This document shows positions 43,173-62,012 of a stretch of DNA of 64,000 nt, piece after piece; the first letter of the stretch is position 1; each line of letters begins with the position of its first letter. This DNA is from Neocallimastix sp. 'constans' (lineage: Eukaryota), in NCBI GenBank assembly GCA_050613775.1, contig JBODTK010000125.1, forward strand, positions 124,001-188,000, written 5' to 3'. The notes under the pieces were generated by a model that did no database searches, had not been told where the DNA came from, and was given only the letters and a program-made list of their open reading frames with translations. The position numbers were made by a program, and so were the translations under genes.

Positions 43173-43460
43173 CAATATATATTTTCAATTACACTTTAAA
43201 CTACTATATATCTATCTAAAACAGCAGAGAAACAATGACAATGAAATTTTGAAAACTGAATATAAAATTAATATTTTATCAATTAAATTTTTTTAAAATA
43301 AAAATTATCAATATTACCAACAGTTTCAAATAAACCGGGAATTTGATATTTTCAGAGATAATTGACTTTAAAATATCATCTTTATTAATTTATTTGGTTT
43401 CAATTGTAAAAAAGATTTGTAATTATAAAAAGTTATTATCTGTATCTGAGATATATATCT
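42945..43460 (-). pseudogene. Unidentified spliced coding remnant
   Basis: Three higher-complexity blocks bounded by GT/AG sites (...QIPGLFETV; FSKFHCHCFSAVLD; VESALGQAFEEKYIKENYFPRFVTSK) with stops and frameshifts. No family recognised. Confidence 0.35.
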
Positions 43461-44186
43461 ATATTTTTATAATATTATTATATAGATATATAATTAAATA
43501 TATAAGTAATTTTGAATATCGAATATATGAATTATTATATTGAATTTTTTTTTTTAATATATATATTATATAATAATTTTTAAAAATTTGACTATATTTG
43601 TTCAAAAATAAATATTTCTGAAAATAATGAAATAAAAAAAATACATATTTAAAATGACATTTAATCATAGTTAATTTAATTTTATATTAAGTTCATTTTA
43701 TTTGTAAAATTTGAATTAATTAATAAATATGTAAAATTATCATTTAAAATATTTTATAATAAATATCGGACAACGTTAAAGAAGTCATTTCGAATACACG
43801 TGTTTGCTATAAATTGTATTATATTATATTTTATTTAATTTTTTTTTTTTTTTCTTTTTTTTTAAAAGAATAAAAGGAATAAAAAATTAATTAAAGAAAT
43901 TGTATAATTGTATAATTTATTATATGAATCTTTAATTATTGTAAGCGTAAGATTAATAAATAAATTAATAATTGTAAAAAATTGTAAAAATTTTTTTATT
44001 ATTTCATAAGTCAATTTTTATTATTATTATTATTTTTTTTTTTTTTTTTATTTTTTTTTTTTTTATAAAAGTGTTAATATTTAATTTAAACAAATTATTG
44101 TTAAATAAAATATTTTAAAATAGACTAGAAATAATAAAAATATTTTGCATAAATATATATAATCAAAAGAAAAATAATTATTAAAA

Positions 44187-51633
<7,447 letters not shown>

Positions 51634-53893
51634 ATAAATTTAAATTCTTTACTTCATAAATTATATATCTATTTATTTACTCTATATAACAAAAAAATTT
51701 TGAATTAGTATATTATTAAATTTTATAATATTAATATTTAAATTAATATATATATATTCTACTATAAATTTTTTTAATTATATACCTATATTATTTACTC
51801 TATATATTATATAATATAATATTTTGAAAATACAATAAAAAATTTTTTTTGAACTAGTATTATTACATATTATTTTTTATAATGTTAATATCTATGTATT
51901 ACTATAATACCTTAAAAATTTATTATTTCAAATGTTATATAAACAACAAATTAAAATAAAAACTATTAAACTTTCTTTTTTATTTGAAATATTTATTTAT
52001 AATTAGTACAATAACTAGATTTATTTATTTATTTTTTTTTTTTTTTATGGTTGTTGTTGTATTGGTTTTTTTATTTTGTTTTATTTTGTTTGTTTTAATA
52101 AAATAGATAATTATAATTTTTATAATTTATAATTTACTATTTATTATTTATTATTATTTGTGTTTTTTTATTAAAGATACAAATAGTTCAAAAGAAATAT
52201 TAAAAAATTAGTGATATTATTTAAGCCATTCTTTATTTTTTAAAAATCATTTTGTAAATTTAGTATTTATTATTATTGTTGTTGTTGTTGTTGTTATTTT
52301 GAAAATAAATATTATACACAAAGATTAATTAATTGATCTTATTTCTTAGAATTTCTTCTTAACTATTTGTTATGGATATGGTTGGTTACCAGTTTCATTG
52401 GTCTAATGTGGAAAGAATTCTTTTATTGACTTTATATATAATTGTTAATGATAAATTAAGAAATTAACTGAATATTGTTTCTATATACAACTCTTTTTAT
52501 GATATCTCCAACCATTTATTTTTGTAAAAAAAACTCTGATGGTTTTCTACCTCACCTCCTGGTAAGAGTATTAAATAATCCAGCTGAATTTGTATGGATA
52601 AACATGAAGCAATTTTCTCTCATAATAAATTTATATGTCTATTGGATGAATATGAACACAATGATAATATAAACACTAACGCAATGGTAAAGAGTAGAAC
52701 ACTATGAAGAACTTGCTTCTGATATAATATGCCATAGTCTTAATGAAAATTATTGAAAAGAAATACTAAACAATTCTTCTTCATAGAAGTCATAAGACAT
52801 TAATCAACTAATTTCAATGTCGGAAATTCATTATATTGTTATATCAATGAAAAATAACATAGAACTTGGTCCTGAATTCTAACAGAATATTTTAAAGCAT
52901 TTTTTAATTATGAAAGTAGCACTTTTTCTCAGAATGATTCTAATTAATAAGTTACTTTTATAAACAAAAGAATCAACTTCTAACGGATGTGGCAGAGAAT
53001 AGATTAGATTTCTAATCCTTCGAGTTCTCCTAACATAAAAAGTAATAATCGTTGATAGTATTTCTAGTGGTTTCAGGGAGAGTTTAGTGGACACCACATT
53101 ATCTTCTTTACTGATATTATTTCTTTATTTTATTTTATTAAATCTCTTTAGTAGATATTATTTTAATTCACTTCATAATACCATAATACTTAAAAAATTT
53201 ATTATATTTTCGGTATAATAAACTTTTTTTTTATGAAATTTTATTTTTAATATTTATTTTGTTTAAATAATTATTATATTAATATACATAATAGAAAAAA
53301 AATTATTATATTAATCATTATAAATAACAAAAAAAAAAAAAAAAAAAAAAAATATTAAAAAGAAGTATACTCAATAAATAATAAAATATTAATATTTAAA
53401 TTTAGAGGTTTAGATTATTTATGTTCATAAATAAGAAAAAATAAATAAAAACTAATTTAAGAAATTAATTAATAAAAATATATGATATTATTAAAATTTA
53501 TAAAATTCATTTCTATAAAAAAATGCTTAGAAAATGGAATTAATATATAAAACATTTTATATTAAATAAAATCACCAATCCAATAATATTAAATAAAATA
53601 TCTTTATAAAAATAAAAATTTTATTTATATATATATTTATTTTTTTTTTTCGTTATTACAAATTATTATTAAATAATATCACCAATTATCAAATAATAAT
53701 AAATAAACTTTTAATCTTAATAATTAATAATAATTTTAATTTTAATTATTTTTTCGTTTCTTCGTTTTTTTTTTATTCAAATATTTTTTTTTCTTTGTGT
53801 AACAATATATATCTTAATATATTATTCAATTAATATTATAATAATAATAAATTAAAAGTATATATATTAATAGTTTTGAAGAAACATTCAAAT

Positions 53894-54889
53894 TTATTTC
53901 TTTCCTTTGTTATTAGCTTTTTGGACCATTTGAAGATGCTTTTGTTGTTTTATTAATTTTTCATTTTTCTTTTCCTTTTGAACTTTTGCTAATTCTTTAC
54001 GAGCTTTGATTAACTCTTGTTCCTTTTGTTTCTTTTCTTGTTCTACTTGTTTTTGAATAATTCTTTGAATTTCATTACCTTCTGATTGAGGTTTCGATTT
54101 AGCAGATTTTGGCTTTGAATTATCAATCTTAATTTGTTCTTTCATTTGTTGATGTTCTTGAATGATACTATTAAAGTTACTTTCATTTCCTCTAATAGTC
54201 TTTTGTTGTTTCTTTTTCTCATTTTGCATTTTTTGGTTCCATTTTTCCATTTCATTCTTCTTTTGTTGCTTTTGCTTTTGGAGTTCTATTTGTTGATCTA
54301 ATTGCTTTTTAATCATTTTTTTATTCTTAACACTTTCTTTGCTTGGTCTAACCTTAACTTGTGATTTTACTTCAGATTCATTTGAAGAGGATGAAATTTG
54401 GTTATGTCTAATGAAACTTTTGTTTTCCATTTGAATCTTTTGAATCTTTTCTTCCTTTTGAATATCACGCTTCATTTTATTTAATTCTCTTTTATTGTTT
54501 CTGTAAAGCATAGTTTCCCAACCATCATCAAATTTATTAAGTTCTTCTTGTAAATTAATTGGTTGGTTAGTTTGCTTTTTAGCTTTTGGTTTTCTATTTC
54601 TAACTCTTTTTTTGTTAGTACTTGGAACAAGACTTCCAAATCCAACAGCTAAATTGTCTTCTAAGAAGTCCTTAAGTTCCTTTAATTCCTCACTTTCTTC
54701 TGATGAAGCAGAATTTGGCTGAGGAGCCTTCTTTTTTGGTTGTTGAACAAATAATTTTTTAGCTTTTTTTGGTTTAGCATTTAAATTATTACCAAATTTT
54801 CTAATAACAATATCTTCATCATTAGTATATTCATTCCATAATTCTTCAGTGTATTGCTGAAGCTTAGTAGAACCATTGTGTATACCCAT
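53894..54889 (-). CDS. Intronless 331-aa Lys/Gln/Glu-rich hypothetical protein (disordered/coiled-coil)
   Basis: 996-bp open frame with raised GC and an ATG in A-rich context. No recognisable family. Confidence 0.8.
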   Translation of the reverse strand: MGIHNGSTKLQQYTEELWNEYTNDEDIVIRKFGNNLNAKPKKAKKLFVQQPKKKAPQPNSASSEESEELKELKDFLEDNLAVGFGSLVPSTNKKRVRNRKPKAKKQTNQPINLQEELNKFDDGWETMLYRNNKRELNKMKRDIQKEEKIQKIQMENKSFIRHNQISSSSNESEVKSQVKVRPSKESVKNKKMIKKQLDQQIELQKQKQQKKNEMEKWNQKMQNEKKKQQKTIRGNESNFNSIIQEHQQMKEQIKIDNSKPKSAKSKPQSEGNEIQRIIQKQVEQEKKQKEQELIKARKELAKVQKEKKNEKLIKQQKHLQMVQKANNKGKK

Positions 54890-55567
54890 TTTTATTTATT
54901 TATATTTTATTAATTTATATAAAATTTTATTAAGGGTTCTTTAATAAAAGAAAATTTTATTTTTAAATTATATTGTCTTATATTTAAAATTATAAAAAAT
55001 TTAACAATAATTAAATTTTTATTAAATATATAAAATATTTAATATTACTCTTTAGAAAAGAAATATAAAAAATATTTTAATGAAACAAAAAAAAAAATTA
55101 GAAAACAACCCTTTTATATATATTTCATTTTTGTTAATGACTAAATTAATTAATTAAATTTATTTATAATACAATTAAAAATTAACGTTCTATAAAAAAA
55201 ATAAAATAATGATCTTTTTTTTTGTTTGTTATTTAAATATAATTAATGAATTTAATATGAATTAAACAATAATGAAAATTATTGTTAGTGCAAATTAAAC
55301 TAAAAAATACAATCAAATGATATTACATATAAATATAAAAAGAAAAAAAAATATTATTAATAATTTTTATTATTTATAAACAAAAATATAAAACTTTAAA
55401 AATTATGAAAAAAAAAAAAAAAAATAAAATAAAATTTTAAAATTATGAAAAAAAAAATACATGAAAAGAATTTTGGGAGAAAAATTATAAGTTAATTAAT
55501 AATTATAACTATTAAAATTTTATATTTTATTCAATACCTCATAAAATATTATAATTTTATTATATTA

Positions 55568-55652
<85 letters not shown>

Positions 55653-57869
55653 CTTTTTAATATTTTTCTTTTTTATTTTAAAAAAATTATTTTGAATTTG
55701 TTTTTTATTTTTTATAATTTTAAATTTGTTATTACTTATAATATTAATAATTAAACCAATAATTAGATGACTAAATTAAAAATAATATATATATTATTAA
55801 TTATTATAATAGCACTTTTAAAATTATTTAAAATTTATATGAATTATAATTTTTTTTTATTAATTAAATCAACATATAATTTAAATAAATTTTAAAATAT
55901 TTTTATACTTTTAATTAATTTTATTAATTTATTTTATTTTTAATTTGCTGGATTATTTTATATTATTTCATTTATTAAATATATTAATATTTTTTTATTA
56001 TTTATATTATTTGCATCTACCAAAATTATATTTTTTATTATTTTAAATAAAGTTCATCACTTTTGAATTAATATTTAATCAACAAAAATATTCTTCAATT
56101 TGACTTATAAGATATTTAATATTTAATTAAATCAATATTCCTCGATTGGCTTGAAAATATATATATATATTTAATCAACTAAATACTCTTCAATTGGCTT
56201 ATATGAAATTGGGGATGGTCCAAATATTTGACTATTTCTGAAATAATATACACCATTAATGATTGTACTCTTTTCTAAAATATATTTAATTTCTTTTTCC
56301 TTTTGCTTTACTAAATCATCATTCTTTCCCTTTGAAATAATATGAATTGAGAACTTTCCACGATTTGGAGATTTTACATCAGTATGCTTTACAAAGAATT
56401 CATATATTTCTTTTTTTGAAGTAGATTTGTTAAATCCTGAATCTCTTTTATCAAGTATAAAATTTATTATGAATATAATTTTTTGTCAATGTACAAATTT
56501 AAAATATTTAATAAAATTAATCAATTTTTTATTCCTCATATTTTTTTTCCTTATCTCTTTCAAAGCAATAATTCTTTGATTCAATAATTTTAATAAAGGT
56601 TACAGTTTGAATAGCAATTAATAATTTTATTATTTTAATTATTTATTAAATTTATTGCTTATTGATTTTGTTATACTCTATCTCCATAAATAATAAATTC
56701 TTCCTCATTAAGTTTTAAACCTAAAAAGTAGTTAACAATAATCTATAAATGATTTCAATTACTTCACTATAACCTTGAACGTTAACCTATATTAAATTAT
56801 ATACATAAATACTAAATTTTAGTTATATGTTATATATGTATTTTAAATTAATAATAAAAATTTACTTTTAAAATTGATATTTATACATTAATTTTTCCTC
56901 CATTAGAAAGTTTAATATTGAATTTAGTATCAGCAATTTCAGCATGATATGAATCTTTATTTAAAGCTTCTTTCACTAATTGAAGATACATCGAAGTATA
57001 CATATAATTTAATGAAGAACTTTTTGACAATTGTCGTGAAAAAAAAAATGGCAATAAATAAAATAAAATATTTATATATATATATGAATATAAATAATAT
57101 TACATTTATTTATTAAAATTATTTATTATTTTAATATATAAAATACAAACGATCTAATTTCGAAGAATATATTTTATTTGGGAACAAAAAAGATATCATT
57201 TCTTTTGAACCAGATTCTAAGATTATCATTATTAATAGTTAAACTTGATTAAGGATTCTTAAAAAAAATTTTTAAAATGTTAGAATATATTAAAATTAAT
57301 AGTTATTTATTATTTATAAAACTTATAAAACAATGTAAAATATGTAATATATTAATTTATTATCTACTTCTTCTTTTTCAATTTTTTTGACACTAAAATC
57401 TTTTGGAACAAATGGATTAACTTTTGGAAGATGTAATGCTTGATTTAACTTTAAATTCTTTAATTTTTATATTATATATATATATATATTTAATTTAATC
57501 CTTTAGTATAAATTATATTTATTTTAAATAAATTATAATAATTTTTCTTCATTTAAAAATTCATCATCAATATTTTGAATTGAATATTCATAAACGTAAT
57601 ATTTTTTCCCCATTCATGTTCTTCATAAATAAAATCTTCATTACCATAATTTGGTGAAATTAGGAGACTAAATAAATGTTAAGATATAAAGTTAATTTAA
57701 ATTTTTAAGTTCATATACAAAGTATAAAGACTTGTCAGCAATAATATGTTCTTTAGGATAAAATAACATTTATTTAGATAAAAGTGGTATAGTTCTAACT
57801 GGTTTAGACTTTTCTTTGAATTGGAAAGAAATATCATTTAATGTTTTACACTAATTTATATAAAATATT

Positions 57870-60340
57870 ACCTTTTTCAAATCTAGAAAGGTAAGGTAAG
57901 TTTCTTTATTATCGTTTTTATGCCTTTGACAAATTTCTCAAATTGAAATATATGAACTAACACTTTCTTCTTTATTACGAAATCCAAATTGCTCTGGTCT
58001 AATAAAATTATTTCTAAGTCCATATTCTGAAATTCTTTTGGAGACTATTTTCGAAATGAGTTTTATACCATTGTTAATCAGAGAGATACCTCGATAATTG
58101 TCACAATCAGATAGATCATCTCCTTTTTTAGGAATAGATATAATACTTGCTTTATTCCATGTATTAGGAAAATTTCTATTCCAATTTCTAGAGAATATCT
58201 TCTGTAAACAATTTAAACTAAAAGCATAATTATTTGCTTAATTTTCGTCATCAAGAGGAATTAAAGCTTTATAAAATTCAATAGGAATTCCATCCAGGCT
58301 TGAAGCTTTATAATTTGGAGTAACTAATATTGCTTCTTTAATTTCTTCTATACTGATATCCTGATTTATATCCCATTCATTATGTCTCATACTATTAGAA
58401 AATTTACCATTTTTATCCTTTTCTGGAAAATTAGACATATTTTAAATGTATCTACTTTTGCTTTTAAGTCATTTCCAAGCTTTCATTGGTTTATGAGATT
58501 TCTTATATTCACATCCTGTATTGCTCCAATGTTGGTATTCAGCTTTTCTATAAATATTACATATATAATGAATAATTTTGCACATTCTATTTTATTTTTC
58601 AATAAATTCATTCATCTATATTATAATTAGAGCCTCTTCTTTTAATTGCTTTATTTAATTCATTATGAGTTTTTGCAAATTAAATATTTTCTGTGAAATA
58701 TGAAAAAAAATTTTCTGACCTCTGACATTGACGTAATATTAAGTTCTTTAGCAATATTAAATGAAGTTGATATAAATTTCTTAGAACCATCATCAATACT
58801 AATATCGGAATCTGGAATCACTTCCTCTAAAATACTTATTGTCAAAAATTGATTCTTTTTCATTTATCCATTTTAATATATCCCATTTAATTGTTTTTTA
58901 TACAGAGAGAAAAAATTATCTGAATTATCTAATGAAAAACATTTACATTTTATTAATAAAGGCTTATAATCCGAAATAGAGGGAAAGTCAATAAAAATAC
59001 TATATGAAAGTAAATATAACATATGATCATTGACAATTGCATGATCTATTACCTCTACTACATGAAATTGAGGAGCCCCATAAGGGAAGAATTTTCCAAT
59101 TACTAAATTTGGAGAGCAAATTACCTAATTTTTCATGAGGAAAATAAAATCACCAACCAACATTGAAGGATGAGGAGAGTGACTATTTAACCAAGATAAA
59201 ATTTCAATTTTAGTAGCTCTAGCATGAAGGCTATGAAGTACGTACACATTACCGATAGAACATTTAATGAAATTCCAAAAATTAAAAGTATACAAAGAAA
59301 TAATATACTCATAAGTGTTGTTTTCAAGAGAGGCTTAACAATAATTATGAAACACTATATAAAGTCCTCTTATTTAATATGAATTTCATTATTAGCTTTT
59401 TTGAAGAAATGTTTATAGTTTTTTAATGATACTCGACATGGATATTTACTATTAGAACCTGAACCATTTCCTGTTTCTTGAAAGAATATGAAAAGTGGTT
59501 TATATTGAAATAAAGAATTCAAAACTGTCTTTTTCATCAAAGTTCCATCCATTAGTATTCAAACTGACACGTAGAGGAAATTCTTTAACTGCATTATAAT
59601 TAATTTGAGTGTTATTAATATGATTGGAATCATTATAATTGATTGAACTGGTATATGAATTTGAATCTGAATTTGAATCTGAATTTGAACTGGAATTTGA
59701 ATTTGAACTTGAATTTGAATTTGAACCTGAACTAGAATTTGAACTTGAACTTGTATTTATACTTGAACTTGTACTTGAACTTGTACTTGAATTTGAACTT
59801 AAACTTGAACTTGAATTTGAACTTGAACTTGAACTTGAATTTGAACTTGAACTTGAACTTGAACTTGAACTTGAACTTGAACTTGAACTTGAACTTGAAT
59901 CTGTATTTGAACTTGAATTTGAATTTCGACTTAAACTTGTATTCAAGATTGAAGTAGTGAATAAATTGAAATTATATGATGAATTAACTTTTTCTGATAA
60001 AGCAAAATGTTTCCTTTTGAGAGAAGAAAAGCTATATTTATGATACCTTTTGCTACAATCAATATTAACTATACATTCAGTAATAGATGATTTTTCCTCT
60101 TCATTACCTACTATTTTAATTTTAAAGAATACATCATTAAAATTAGCAATACGTTTAATTGATAAAACCTTAATATTTAATTCTTTCAGAATTTTCTTTA
60201 AATGTCTTCTCATTTTGATTTCGGGCCATGATCAAAGTCCACAAATAAAGAGAAGTTTTGTATTCTTCATTGGAATACCATGGCACCTTGAACTTCTAAG
60301 AATGAAATTTTTATTTTTTATATATTGGATTTCCATAATA
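57870..60340 (-). mobile_element. Decayed APE-type non-LTR retrotransposon, 5' half (N-terminal domain, Ser/Asn linker, AP endonuclease, first part of RT), 3'-truncated
   Basis: RVSLNTNGWN and FIFFQETG (APE motifs); NYKASSLDGIPIEFYK; FPNTWNKASIISIPKKGDDLSDCDNYRGISLINNGIKLISKIVSKRI...IRPEQFGFRNKEE...YLTFLDLKK (RT domains 0-3). It stops abruptly at ~57870. Confidence 0.92.
59655..59925 (-). repeat. (AGTTCA/AATTCA)n hexamer repeat encoding a poly-Ser/Asn linker inside the LINE ORF
   Basis: Plus-strand tgaact/tgaatt array; it produces the (EL)n and (NL)n shadow ORFs. Confidence 0.95.
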
Positions 60341-61124
60341 GTAATAGATAAGCTAAAAAATAAAAAATAAAAGTCAGTTTTTATTATAAAGTCTTGAGAA
60401 TAATGAAAATTGTATTAATTTTATATCTTTATGGAGTAAATAATTTAGATAATAATTAATAGTTTGTTGAATGATTGAAAAATAATTTGATTTAACACTT
60501 TTTTTAGTAGATTATTTAATTTGAATATCATAAAGTATTTAATGACTAAGATCGAATTGGCGAAATATAATAGCACAAAATTAGTAAAGAGTTAAATAAA
60601 TTACTACAAGATTTAGAGTAAATCAATCTCTTACAACGGGATACATGAAATATATAGTTGAAATACAATTGAATACAATAGATTCTTACATGAGAATAGT
60701 AATACTACATAATAATAGAAATACAATGAAAATGTATTACTTATTCTTGGGTGTAATTTATTTAACAATGTTCTAAAAATGCACCATTATATTCCACAGT
60801 GATCACCAGAAAAAAATTTACCAATAGCATTACTACTGCGCATAATGTTAATAATTAACACAAAATATAACTTTACAGCTTTTTTGCACCAGTACTGTGG
60901 ATCCACTTTATAAGAATAAATTGATTCCTCTTGCAGACGATTCTATATACGTATATAGAGTACACCTCTGCTAGGAGATTCAGTATTAAACCATTATAAT
61001 ATACTATATAAAATTATAATTTAGTACATCAAATAATACCATTAAAAGTAAATGTTCACAGAAATGTGCTAGACCAGGTAAATCATCAGGATCATTCAAA
61101 TATCCTACATTTACAGATAAAGAA

Positions 61125-61857
61125 TTTTTTTTTTTTTTAACGGCAGCAAGTTTGTTTCATCTTTATTAATTAAATATTTGATAAAAAACATGTAATAAAA
61201 AGAAAAAAAAGAAAAAAAAATAAACAAAAAAAAAAAAAAAAACACAAAATAAAATAAAATAAAATAAAATAATGGTATAATATATTCTAGTTTCATTTAA
61301 TTAATATTTGTAAGACTTCACAAGGGCATTATTATAATGTAGTATAATAATTATTTTTGACTTCACAATGTTAACTATAATTTTAAGATACGAAATTATG
61401 ATCTTCATTGGTTGCGCTAACCCTGCTGGCCTGTCCTACTGTTATTCAGCATTTACGCTCTTGGTAGTAGTAGTATGATTCGATTTGAACCTATTGAACA
61501 AAGACCATTGCTGGCCATTAGCAATAGGTATAATTGATTGAAGAAGAGCCGCAGTAACCACCAAGAATGGAGTATCAGAATAAGCACCTGATTTCATCTG
61601 GCACTTAAATAGATTCTTCCATTCCCTTGTACTGTTATTAATACTTCTTCCCCCAAGAAGGAAATTAAACACTTTTTTACACACACTAGAATCAACATAC
61701 ACATTATTTTCAATACTATTACTAACATTACTAATAATACTATTTCTAATATTACTAATAATACTATTACTAATATTACTATAACTATTATTACTATTAC
61801 TATTATTACTGTTACTATTACAGATAAAAAAGTACTTGAAACATCAGTGTCTTTCTG

Positions 61858-61935
<78 letters not shown>

Positions 61936-62012
61936 TATATCCATATATTAAATATTAATTATATCAACCAATTATTTTTGGTTAGATCAATTTAATTTAA
62001 TTTCAAATTCGA
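61125..62012 (-). mobile_element. 5'-truncated LINE 3' end with poly-A, inserted in the insulinase pseudogene
   Basis: VFNFLLGGR...EWKNLFKCQMKSGAYSDTPFLVVTAALL...TKSVNAE...TNEDHNF is homologous to the copy at ~28090-28350. The 3' end AATAAAGATGAAACAAACTTGCTGCCGTT(A)14 abuts the SLSVNVG insulinase codons. Confidence 0.8.

Noticed and set aside
59639..60370. (EL)n, (NL)n and 106-aa plus-strand ORFs
   Set aside because: Antisense shadows of the LINE ORF and its hexamer repeat.
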